Source: Eledone cirrhosa (taxonomy: Eukaryota). Taken from it: DNA of 64,000 nucleotides. Made by a program: the position numbers and the translations under genes. This document shows, piece after piece, positions 52,770 to 64,000 of the stretch (position 1 is the first letter of the stretch; each line of letters opens with the position of its first letter). The notes under the pieces are model-generated. The model did not search any database. It worked only from the letters and a program-made list of their open reading frames with translations, and was not told the origin of the DNA. The stretch is taken from contig OZ024744.1 in NCBI GenBank assembly GCA_964016885.1, positions 34,534,001 to 34,598,000 of the forward strand. The letters are read 5' to 3'.

Positions 52770-53066
52770 AAGCAATTGTGCAATGCCTCTGCGTGAAAAA
52801 TATTTTAAAAGTGAGGAAAGACTATGCACTGAGCCAATCCCACTCTCTGAGCGACAGTAGCTATAACCCGAAAAGAAGAAAAGATCAACATCATCGGTAA
52901 CTACTGAGCCGCAGATTTTATATCGGAGTTTTAACCCAGTTTCCTGAGATACCTTCTCCTAGAAGAATGCCCTGACAAGGGCTAGGGATCCTTCACTCCC
53001 AGTGGTCTAACTGCGCGATCGGGTATCCAGCCCGACTATTTCTGTCCCCGCGCATAAAAAAACTCA
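52770..53066 (-). mobile_element. Probable 5' UTR of the RTE LINE, separated from its ORF by the Dong/R4 insertions
   Basis: A more GC-rich, hairpin-forming segment with minus-strand CCTAGCCCTTGTCAGGGCATTCTTCTAGGAGAAGG, resembling RTE 5'-UTR motifs. Its orientation and position upstream of the RTE ORF fit. Confidence 0.5.
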
Positions 53067-53089
53067 CTTATTGACACTCATACGTACGA

Positions 53090-53291
<202 letters not shown>

Positions 53292-53392
53292 CCTTCATTA
53301 CTGATACAAGATTACAAGATTATGTCAACTGTTGACTTTCGAAAGAGTTCGTATAGTTGAAGCCGTTCGTGTTACCGTTCAGTATTATTATA

Positions 53393-53490
53393 GGTTAACT
53401 TTGCCTTTCATCCTTACGGGGTCGATAAAATAAAGTACCAGTAATGTATTGGGTAATTGCTGGCCTTGTGCCAAAAGTAGAAACAATTAT
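53393..53490 (+). mobile_element. 5'-truncated SINE
   Basis: Core plus 3' end GGCCTTGTGCCAAAAGTAGAAACAATTATT. Confidence 0.9.
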
Positions 53491-53497
53491 TATAATT

Positions 53498-53652
53498 GCT
53501 TTACAGCATAGAGTTATGGCTCTCCACGCTCTGAGCTTAAATCCCGCCGAGGTCAACCTTGCCTTTCATCCCCACGGAGTCAACAAAAGAGAGTACCAGT
53601 GATGTGCTGGACCAGTCGCTGGCTCCGTGCCAAAAGAAAAAAAATTATTATT
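53498..53652 (+). mobile_element. Diverged 5'-truncated SINE
   Basis: GCATAGAGTTATGGC...AAATCCCGCCGAGGTCAACCTTGCCTTTCATCC...GTACCAG...GTGCCAAAA with an ATT tail. Confidence 0.85.
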
Positions 53653-53689
53653 ATTAAAGTTGTAATTTTTTTAAGGCCCGGTCGCTGGT

Positions 53690-53878
<189 letters not shown>

Positions 53879-53971
53879 GTTATTTTGGGTTTTTTTTTAT
53901 CGTTTGATGCGGCACTAATGTTTACAGCAACAACAGCTTCAGAATGAAATGAAATGAACATTTACAACAAC

Positions 53972-54110
53972 ATACTACATACATTTATTCATACATACAT
54001 ATATACATATAGTAAAAAAAAATTTTATACATACATACAGACAGACAGGCATACATACAAGCATACATATGTACATACATAGATGCATACACACATATAT
54101 GCATACATGC

Positions 54111-54145
<35 letters not shown>

Positions 54146-54246
54146 CATAGATGCATACAAAGATGCATACGTACATATATACATACATACCCAGATACAT
54201 ACATGCATTCATGCATTCATTCTTGCATACATGCATACATACATAT
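53972..54246. repeat. (CATA)n/(TA)n low-complexity tract
   Basis: Directly visible. It accounts for several spurious ORFs. Confidence 0.85.
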
Positions 54247-54249
54247 CTG

Positions 54250-54831
54250 CTATACAAAAGAAAGCTATATAAAACAAAGCTCGAAGATGTTAGCCACATT
54301 GTTGCCAACTGTGAAAGGATGTCGTCTCGTTACTACCTACCTATGAGACACGATGGGATAGCTAGAACCATCTGGAATACACTTAGGAAAACAAAATTAA
54401 AAACAAATGAGGAGGAATATGTTGAGACAGATGGCACTAAAGAATACTGGTGGAACCTGAAAATAAAAACTGCCACCAAATTAAAGCACAACCGGCCTGA
54501 TATTGTAGTTTGGGACCACACATTGAAAACGTGTTCTGTTGTGGAGATCAGCTGCCCACTTGATGTAAACATTGTAAGAAAAATACAGGAGAAGGAGGAC
54601 ATCTACGGACCATTGATGAGGAGTTTGCAGATCCAGTAACCAAGATACACCTTCAGCTTGATACCCATTATTATTGGAGCTACGGGTTATATATCAACCC
54701 ACTTGGACCAAAGTATAACTGAACTTGCATTTGTGGACAAAGAGCGCAGCTCCCTAATTCATAAAATACAAATGGCTGCGATAGCTGGCACCACCAAAAT
54801 TTGCAAAACATTCTTGTGGTTTAAGGGATGA
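54250..54831 (+). pseudogene. C-terminal zinc knuckle/RLE endonuclease of a second, divergent R4/Dong-like family
   Basis: EDVSHIVANC, RHDGIA, YWWN, KHNRPDIVVWD...VVEISCP.D...EKEDIY, an in-frame TAA at 54637, then LIPIIIGATG...GTTKICKTFL to TGA at 54829-54831. Confidence 0.88.
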
Positions 54832-55441
54832 CAATTTCTTTTCTTTTACAACCTTGCCACCAGGAAGGTGGCCGGTCAAAAATGTACTCGAAATTAAGAG
54901 AAAGAGAAACACACATTCATAGACAGTTTGTCAACGCGATCAATTGCACATTTTAGCGTGGGAGACTATTTATTAAATTTAAGATGAATACTATCTCCGA
55001 CAGTAATGCCACAACTACCAGTCATGTTGAATAACTGGATATTTACTGAAGACACCTTTCATTCAAATTCGTAGAGTTACCCGACTAAATACATTAATTC
55101 ATTTTACAAAGATTGCTACAAACATCATGGCTGAACACAACATCAACAACAACAATTTACTGAACACAAGGAACAAAAACAATTTACCAAAACAAAATTT
55201 ATTCAGTTGTAGCTACAGAAGAAACCGAAATTATAAATCGCATTTCTCTTGGAGTGACGAAATTAATGATGATTTATTTTAATTGTTATAAAATGGCAAA
55301 CAAAAATCCCTCCGTTGGCTATATGAACAGAATGAAGTTATACTGGGACAAAATACATCCAGAGCTAAATCATTTCACAGCGAAACAATTACGTCAACTA
55401 GCAACGTTTGTTGAACGTAAAAATAAGATAAATATTATAAA

Positions 55442-55976
55442 CTAGCTGGCCCCCTGCCGTCAAAAATGACGGTTAAAGGGTAGATGTGTTTTCGTATATA
55501 CCTTTCAAATGCGGTCGTTTTATATTCTTGATAATTCTAATTTATTTCGCTATTGCTAGGGACTTGGTTCCTTGGACAACACATACATACAAACACACTC
55601 ACACAAACACTCACATACATTCACACATAGAACAGTCACACTTCCTTTCACGCTCATCACATAGATGTGTGTGTATGTAATCATTATTTTGTATAATGTT
55701 TATGTATATGTATGTATTTATATTTACATATTGAAACATAGATGAGTTACATCCCTTTGCGTGACGTACAAAAACACAAGAGCATTTGGCATTATCGGTA
55801 GAGGGTCGGATGCCATGCTTTCCAGCATAGTTACGTCCCTTTACGGTCTAAGTTCAAATTCCGTCGACATTAATTTTGCCTTTCATCCTTACGAATTCGA
55901 AAAAATAAAGTACCAGTAATGTACTGGGTAATTGTTGGCCTTGTGCCAAAAGTAGAAACAATTATATATTAGTAGA
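55442..55976 (-). mobile_element. Small non-autonomous Helitron
   Basis: Minus-strand 5' A|TCTACTAATATA. 3' perfect hairpin CCGTCA-TTTT-TGACGG (55457-55472) 11 nt before CTAG|T. There is no TSD, and excision restores the host reading frame. Confidence 0.85.
55786..55963 (+). mobile_element. SINE nested in the small Helitron
   Basis: TTGGCATTATCGGTAGAGGGTCGG head, core and 3' end are all present. Confidence 0.9.
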
Positions 55977-56254
55977 TTATAAGTGCCCCAGAACAAACAT
56001 GCAATCAACACCACGTGATACAGATTGCCATACTACTAAACTTGAAACAAATATGCCGGGAAGAAATTTGACATCACGTGTACCATCTGAGTCTACCTCG
56101 ACTGTTGTGGAAAGCATTATTGATAATAATAGTCAAAAGTATAAACAATTGAAATGTTCCCTCAACGAAATCTTCCAGAGAGAAATTAATTCATGTATAA
56201 ACATTTCTCTTGCTGAAAGTAATAAAACAACAATACTAAATAGAATAAAACCAA

Positions 56255-56482
56255 ATAATTGTTTCTACTTTAGGCACAAGGCCAGCAAATACCCAGTGCA
56301 TTACTGGTACTTTATGTTATCGACTCCGTAAGGATGAAAGGCAAAGTCAACCTCAGCGGGATTTGAACTCAGATCGTAAAGGGACGTAACTATGCTGGAA
56401 AGCATGGCGTCCGACCCTCTACCGATACTGCCAATTCACCTATTAATAATTATTTCTACCTTTGGCACACCTACCTATTAAT
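56255..56482 (-). mobile_element. SINE (56255-56440) plus a short extra SINE 3'-end fragment, with 11-bp TSD
   Basis: Reverse-complement SINE. AATAAAACCAA occurs at 56244-56254 and 56483-56493. Confidence 0.9.
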
Positions 56483-56621
56483 AATAAAACCAACTAATGA
56501 AATCTAACGTGCTACTGACGAAACAGGGGATGGATATTAACGACGGATTAAAACCCCAACATTTTAGCAAATCAACGCCTGTTTATATGCCTTAGCAACG
56601 ACAGTGAAGCATTATCTTGGT

Positions 56622-56791
56622 ATCGGTAGAGAGTCGGACGCCATGCTTTGACGCATAGAGTTACGGCCCTTGCCATTCTGAGTTCAAATACCGCCGAGGT
56701 TAACTTTGCCTTTCATCCTTACGGGGTCGATAAAATAAAGAACCAGTAATGTACTGGGTAATTGCTGGCCTTGTGCTAAAAAGTAGAAACA
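56622..56791 (+). mobile_element. SINE with 11-bp TSD
   Basis: ATTATCTTGGT occurs at 56611-56621 and 56792-56802. Confidence 0.92.
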
Positions 56792-57414
56792 ATTATCTTG
56801 GTGATAGCAGAGATATTAACAAGAACAAAACACCACCAAAAATACCATCATATATAACTAAAATAGAAAAAAAGATTGCTGACCTACGAAAAAACATAGG
56901 ACATGTGACAATGCTCCTTATTTGCAAACAAAAACTAAAAAAAACTTCACTTCTCACCAACAAAGAGTAAAAAAAATAAAATAGAAACGATGTTTGGTAA
57001 CAGTAAAACCAGAACACTTCAATATAAGCTGATCACCCTCAAACAAGAATTGAGAGCTGTCAGGGAGAAACGTCGATACCTGAAGAGGGTAGATGAAAGA
57101 AAAGTACTTAATAAAAGATTCAGACGAAACCAAACATCAGTCTATAGAGATATGAAGGACAAAATAATAAATGTCACGCAGGCCCATCCCAGAAAGACAT
57201 AGATTCCTTTTGGAGCAAAATATGGGGTGAAAAGAAGAATTTCAACCAAGATGCAGTGTGGCTAAGAGAAATCCGAAAGAACTATTGCTCCTACACTACA
57301 ACAAAAACATACGAAATAAGTGAGGGTACCCTTGAGACTGTGATAGGAAAACTCCAAGATAAGAAAACACCAGGAAGAGATTTGAGTGTCATGCTACTTG
57401 TACAAAAAACTAAT

Positions 57415-57573
57415 CTTCTTCTTCTTCTTCTTCTTCTTCTTCTTCTTCTTCTTCTTCTTCTTCTTCTTCTTCTTCTTCTTCTTCTTCTTCTTCTTCTTCT
57501 TCTTCTTCTTCTTCTTCTTCTTCTTCTTCTTCTTCTTCTTCTTCTTCTTCTTCTTCTTCTTCTTCTTCTTCTT
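57415..57573. repeat. (CTT)n microsatellite, at least 53 units, running into the gap
   Basis: Pure triplet run. Confidence 0.97.
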
Positions 57574-57773
57574 NNNNNNNNNNNNNNNNNNNNNNNNNNN
57601 NNNNNNNNNNNNNNNNNNNNNNNNNNNNNNNNNNNNNNNNNNNNNNNNNNNNNNNNNNNNNNNNNNNNNNNNNNNNNNNNNNNNNNNNNNNNNNNNNNNN
57701 NNNNNNNNNNNNNNNNNNNNNNNNNNNNNNNNNNNNNNNNNNNNNNNNNNNNNNNNNNNNNNNNNNNNNNNNN
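57574..57773. other. Assembly gap (200 N)
   Basis: The round-number N run is probably a scaffolding placeholder, so adjacency across it is uncertain. Confidence 0.99.
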
Positions 57774-60700
57774 AATTGTTGTATCAACCCTAAGCAATGG
57801 CTGTATCAACCCTAAGCAATTGTTGTATCAGTCCTAAGCAATTTTTGTATCAACCCTAGGCAATTGCTCTATCAACCCTAAGTAATTATTGTATCAGTCC
57901 TAAGCAATTGTTGTATCAGTCCTAAGCAATTGTTGTATCAACCCTAGGCAATTGTTATATCAGTCCCAAGCAATTGCTGTATCAACCCTAAGCAATTGTT
58001 GTATCAACCCTAAGCAATTATTGTATCAGTTCCAAGCAATTTCTCTATCAACCCTAAGCAATTGTTGTATCAATGCTAAGCAATTGTTGTATCAGTCCTA
58101 AGCAATTGTTGTATCAACTCTAAGCAATTGTTGTATCAAACCATAAGAATTGCTGTATCAGTCCAAAGCAATTGTTGTATCAATTCTAAGCAATTGTTGT
58201 ATCAGTCCTTAGCAATTGCTGTATCAGTCCTAAGCAAATATTGTATCAACCCTAAGCAATTATTGTATCAGTTCCAAGCAATTTCTCTATCAACCCTAAG
58301 CAATTGTTGTATCAATGCTAAGCAATTGTTGTTTCAGTCCTAAGCAATTGTTGTATCAACTCTAAGCAATTGTTGTATCAAACCATAAGAATTGCTGTAT
58401 CAGTCCAAAGCAATTGTTGTATCAATTCTAAGCAATTGTTGTATCAGTCCTTAGCAATGCTGTATCAGTCCTAAGCAATTGTTGTAAGGACCATAAGCAA
58501 TTGTTGTATAAGTCCTAAGCAATTTTTGTATCAACCCTAAGCAATTATTGTATCAGTCCTAAGCAATTGCTCTATCAACCCTAAGTAATTGTTGAATCAA
58601 CCCGACGCAATTGTTGTATCAGTTCTAAGCAATTGTTGTATCAGTCCTAAGCAATTGCTTAATCAACCCCTAAGCAATTACTGTATCAGTCCTATGCAAT
58701 TGCTGTATCAACCGTAAGCAATTCTTATATCAGTCACAAGCAATTGCTGTATGAAGCCTAAGCAATTGTTGTATCAACCCTAAGCAATTGTTGTATCAGT
58801 CCTAAGCAATTGCTGTAACAACTCTAAGCAATTGTTGTATCAACCCTAAGCAATTGTTGTATCAGTCCTAAGCAATTGCTGTATCAACCCTAAACAATTG
58901 TTGTATCAGTCCTAAGCAATTGTTGTATCGGTCCTAAGCAATTGTTGCATCAACCCTAAGCAATTGTTACATCAGTCCCAAACAATTGTTGTATAAACCC
59001 TAAGCAATAGTTGTATCAACCCTAAGAAATTGCTGTATCAACCCTAAGCAATTACTGTATCAATCCTAAGCAATTGTTGTTTCAGTCCTAAGGAATTGCT
59101 GTATCATCCCTAAGCAATTGTTGTATAAGTCCTAAGCAATTGTTGTATCAACCATTATGAATTGTTGTGTCAGTCCTAAGTAATTGTTATATCAACCCAA
59201 AGCAATTCTTATATCAACCCTAAGCAATTATTGTATCAGTTCTAAGCAATTGTTGTATCAGATCTAAGCAATTGTTGTATCAACCCTAAGCAATAATTAT
59301 ATCAGTCCCAAGCAATTGCTGTATCAACCCTAAGCAATTGTTATATCAGTCACAAGCAATTGCTGTATGAACCCTAAGCAATCGTTGTATCAAGCCTCAG
59401 CAATTGTTGTATCAACTCTAAGCAATTGCTGTAACAACTCTAAGCAATTGTTGTATCACCCCTAAGCAATTGTTGTATCAGTCCTAAGCAATTGTTGTAG
59501 CAACCCTAAGCAATTGCCATAGCAACCCTAAGCAATTGTTGTATCAACTCTAAGCAATTGTTGTATCAGTCCTTAGCAATTGCTGCATCAGTCCTAAGCA
59601 ATTGTTGTATAAGTCCTAAGCAATTGTTGTATCAACCCTTATCAATTGTTGTGTCAGTCCTAAGCAATTGTTATATCAACCCAAAGCAATTCTTATATCA
59701 ACCCTAAGCAATTATTGTATCAGTTCTAAGCAATTGTTGTATCAGTCCTAAGCAATTAGTGTATCAACCCTAAGCAATAATTATATCAGTCCCAAGCAAT
59801 TGCTGTATCAACCCAAACAATTGTTGTATCAACCCTAAGCAATTATTGTATCAGTCCTAAGCAATTGCTATATCAACCCTAAGCAATTGTTGTATCAATC
59901 CTAAGCAATTGTTGTATCAGTCCTAAGCCATTGCTGTATGATCCCTAAGCAATTGTTGTATCAGTCCTAAGCAATTACTGTATCAACCCTAAGCAAATTG
60001 TTGTATCAGTCCTAAGCAATTACTGTATCAACCCTAAGCAATTGATGTATCAGTCCTAAGCAATTGTTGCATCAACCTTAAGCAATTGCTGTATCAACCC
60101 TAAGCAATTGTTGTATCAGTCCTAAGCAATTGTTGTATCAGTCCTAAGCAATTGTTGTATCAACCCTAAGCAATTGTTATATCAGTCCCAAGCAATTGTT
60201 GTATCACCCCTAAGCAATTGTTATATCAACCCTAAGCAATTGCTGTATCAGTCCTAAGCAATTGCTGTTTTAGTCCTAAGCAATTGATGTATAAGTCCTA
60301 AGCAATTGTTGTATCAACCCTTATCAATTGTTGTGTCAGTCCTAAGCAATTGTTATATCAACCCAAAGAAATTCTTATATCAACCCTAAACAATTATTGT
60401 ATCAGTCCTAAGCAATTGTCGTATCAACCCTAAGCAATAATTACATCAGTCCCAAGCAATTGCTGTATCAACACTAAGCAATTGTTGTATCAACCCTAAG
60501 CAATTATTGTATCAGTCCTAAGCAATTGCTATATCAACCCTAAGCAATTGTTGTATCAATTCTAAGCAATTGTTGTATCAGTCCTAAGCCATTGCTGTAT
60601 CATCCCTAAGCAATTGTTGTATCAGTCCTAAGCAATTACTGTATCAACCCTAAGCAATTGTCGTATCAGTCCTAAGCAATTGTTGTATCAGTCCTAAGCA

Positions 60701-63700
60701 ATTGCTGTATCAACCCTAAGCAATTGTTGTATGACTCCTAATCAATTGCTGTATCAACCATAAGCAATTGTTGTATCAGTACAAAGGAATTGCTATATCA
60801 ACCCTAAGCAATTGTTGTATCAGTCCTATGCAATTGCTGTATCAACCCTCAGCAATTGTTATATCAGCCACAAGCAATTGCTGTATGAACCCTAAGCAAT
60901 TGCTGTAACAACTCTAAGCAATTGTTGTATCAACCCAAAGCAATTGTTGTATCAGTCCTAAGCAATTGCTGTATCAACCCTAAGCAATTGTTATATCACT
61001 CCTAAGTAGTTGCTGTATCAACCCTAAGCAATTGCTGTATCAACGCTAAGCAATTGTTGTATCAACCCTAAGCAATTGTTGTTTTAGTCCTAAGCAATTG
61101 ACGTATCAGTCCTAAGCAATTGTTGTATCAACTCTAAGCAATTGTTGTATCAGTCCTTAGCAATTGCTGTATCAGTTCTAAGCAATTGTTGTATAAGTCC
61201 TAAGCAATTGTTGTATCAACCCTTATCAATTGTTGTGTCAGTCCTAAGCAATTGTTATATCAACCCAAAGCAGTTCTTGTATCAACCCTAAGCAATTATT
61301 GTATCAGTTCTAAGCAATTGTTGTATCAACCCTAAGCAATTGTTGTATCAGTCCTAAGCAATTGTTGTATCAACCCTAAGCAATAATTATATCAGTCCCA
61401 AGCAATTGCTGTATCAACCCTAAGCAATTGTTGTATCAACCTTAAGCAATTATTGTATCAGTCCTAAGCAATTGCTATATCAAACCTAAGCAATTGTTGT
61501 ATCAATCCTAAGCAATTGTTGTATCAGTCCTAAGCCATTGCTGTATCATCCCTAGGCAATTGCTGCATCAGTGCTAAGCAATTACTGTATCAAGCCTAAG
61601 GAAATTGTTGTATCAGTCCTAAGCAATTACTGTATCAACCCTAAGCAATTATTGTATCAGTCCTAAGCAATTGTTGTATCAGTGCTAAGCAATTGCTGTA
61701 TCAACCCTAAGCAATTGTTGTATCAGTCCTAACCAATTGCTGTATCAACCCTAAGCAATTGTTGTTTCATCCCTAAGCTATTGCTGTATCAACCCTAAGC
61801 ATTTGTTGTATCAACCCTTTGCAATTGTTGTATCAATCCTAAGAAATTGTTGTATCAATCCTAAGCAATTGTTGTATAAATCCTAAGCAATTGCTCTATC
61901 AACCCTAAGCAATCGTTGTATCAACCCGAAGCAATTGTTGTATCAGTCCTAAGCAATTGTTGTATCAACCCTAAGCAATTGCTGTATCAACCCTAAGCAA
62001 TTACTGTATCAGTCCTAAGCAATTGTTGTATCAGTACTAAGGAATTGCTGTATCAACCCTAAACAATTGTTGTATCAGCCCTATGCAATTGCTGTATCAA
62101 CCCTATGCAATTGTTATATCAGTCACAAGCAATTGCTGTATGAACCCTAAGCAATTGCTGTAACAACTCTAAGCAATTGTTGTATCAACCCTAAGCAATT
62201 GTTGTATCAGTCCTAAGCAATTGTTGTATCAACCCTAAACAATTGCTGTATCAACCCTAAGCAATTGTTGTATCACTCCTAAGCAATTGTTGTATCAGTC
62301 CTAGGCAATTGTTGTATCAACACTTAGCAATTGTTATATCAGTCCCAAGCAATTGTTGTATCAACCCTAAGCAATTGTTGTATCAACCCTAAACAATTGT
62401 TGCATCAGTCCTAAGCAATTGGTGTAACAACCCTAAGAAATTGTTGTATCACTCCTAAGCAATTGCTGTATCAACCCTAAGCAATTGCTGTATCAACCCT
62501 AAGCAATTGTTGTATCAACCCTAAGCAATTGTTGTTTTAGTCCTAAGCAATTGATGTATCAGTCCTAAGATATTGCTGTATCAACCCAAAGCAATTGTTG
62601 TATCAGTACTATGCAATTGCTGTATCAACCCTAAGCAATTGTTATATCAGTCACAAGCAATTGCTGTATGAACCCTAAGCAATTGTATCAACCCTAAGCA
62701 ATTGCTGTATCAGTCCTAAGCAATTGTTGTATCAGTCCTAAGATATTGCTGTATCAACCCAAAGCAATTGTTGTATCAGTCCTATGCAATTGCTGTATCA
62801 ACCCTAAGCAATTGTTGTATCAGTCCTAAGCAATTGCTGTAACAACTCTAAGCAATTGTTGTATAAACCCTAAGCAATTGTTGTATCAACCCTAAGCAAT
62901 TCTTGTGTCAGTCCTAAACAATTCCTGTATCAACCCTAAGAAACTGCTGTATCAACCCTAAGCAATTACTGTATCAGTCCTAAGCAATTGTTGTATCAGT
63001 CCGAAGGAATTGCTGTATCAACCCTAAGCAATTGTTGTATCAGTCCTTAGCAATTGCTGTATTAGTCCTAAGCAAATGTTGTATCAGTCCTAAGCAATTG
63101 TTGTATCAACCCTTATCAATTGTTGTGTCAGTCCTAAGCAATTGTTATATCAACCCAAAGCAATTCTTATATCAACCCTAAGCAATTATTGTATCATTTC
63201 TAAGCAATTGTTGTATCAACCCTAAGCAATAATTATATCAGTCCCAAGCAACTGCTGTATCAACCCTAAACAATTGTTATATCAGTCGCAAGCAATTGCT
63301 GTATGAACCCTAAGCTATTGTTGTATCAACCCTCAGCAATAGCTATATCAACCCTTAGCAATTACTGTATCAACCCTAAGCAAATTGTTTATATCAGTCC
63401 TAAGCAATTACTGTATCAACCCTAAGCAATTGTTGTATCAGTCCTAAGCAATTGTTGTATCAACCCTAAGCAATTGCTGTATCAACCCTAAGCAATTGTT
63501 GTATCAGTCCAAAGCAATTGTTGTATCAGTCCTAAGCAATTGTTGTATCAACCCTAAGCAATTGTTATATCAGTCCCAAGCAATTGTTGTATCAACCCTA
63601 AGCAATTGTTATATCAACCCTAAGCAATTGTTGTATCAGTCCTAAGCAATTGCTGTTTTAGTCCTAAGCAATTGATGTATAAGTCCTAAGCAATTGTTGT

Positions 63701-64000
63701 ATCAACCCTTATCAATTGTTGTGTCAGTCCTAAGCAATTGTTATATCAACCCAAAGAAATTCTTATATCAACTCTAAGCAATTATTGTATCAGTCCTAAG
63801 CAATTGTCGTATCAACCCTAAGCAATAATTACATCAGTCCCAAGCAATTGCTGTATCAACACTAAGCAATTGTTGTATCAACCCTAAGCAATTATTGTAT
63901 CAGTCCTAAGCAATTGCTATATCAACCCTAAGCAATTGTTGTATCAATTCTAAGCAATTGTTGTATCAGTCCTAAGCCATTGCTGTATCATCCCTAAGCA
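57774..64000. repeat. 22-bp satellite, consensus CTAAGCAATTGTTGTATCA(ACC/GTC), ~280 units, continues past the window end
   Basis: Tandem 22-mers of two main variants, with a central CAATTG palindrome. Confidence 0.98.

Larger units (their letters stand above)
55127..57414 (+). pseudogene. N-terminal half of an R4/Dong-like element ORF, interrupted by a Helitron and SINEs
   Basis: ATG at 55127; SWSDEINDDL/CYKMA...GYMNRMKLYWD..HPEL...KQLR (R4-type N-terminal domain); INACLYALATTV; KIEKKIADLRKNIG; LKQEL...RRY...N.RF..NQ...YR; FWSKIW...WL; KTPGRD at the start of the RT region. It ends at (CTT)n and the gap. Confidence 0.8.

Noticed and set aside
57256-57837. Poly-L/R/F/E ORFs spanning the gap
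   Set aside because: Artefacts of (CTT)n and the 200-N gap.

Overview
This is AT-rich, microsatellite-dense eukaryotic DNA made almost entirely of repeats. It is probably from a cephalopod (Octopus-like), inferred from the recurrent tRNA-derived SINE and the repeat landscape. I found no host protein-coding gene and no convincing novel biological system. About 41 kb is tandem repeat in three arrays: a G/T-rich ~64-bp minisatellite (9.7-15.6 kb), a 27-bp satellite (16.4-45.3 kb) containing a near-perfect 9,899-bp duplication, and a 22-bp satellite carrying a CCCTAA telomere-like motif (57.8 kb to the end). The rest is a nest of mobile elements: Penelope-like remnants with a degenerate hammerhead motif, a Rep-deleted Helitron with both termini inserted in (TA)n, and a decayed RTE LINE with up to three C-terminal C2H2 fingers. 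There are also two tandem Dong/R4 retrotransposons in (TAA)n, nine SINE copies, and an older R4/Dong-like element whose ORF can be rebuilt by removing a small Helitron and SINEs. Nearly all ORFs in the supplied track between 9.6 and 45.6 kb are repeat translation artefacts. The most interesting points are satellite origin and evolution, and the nesting of elements.
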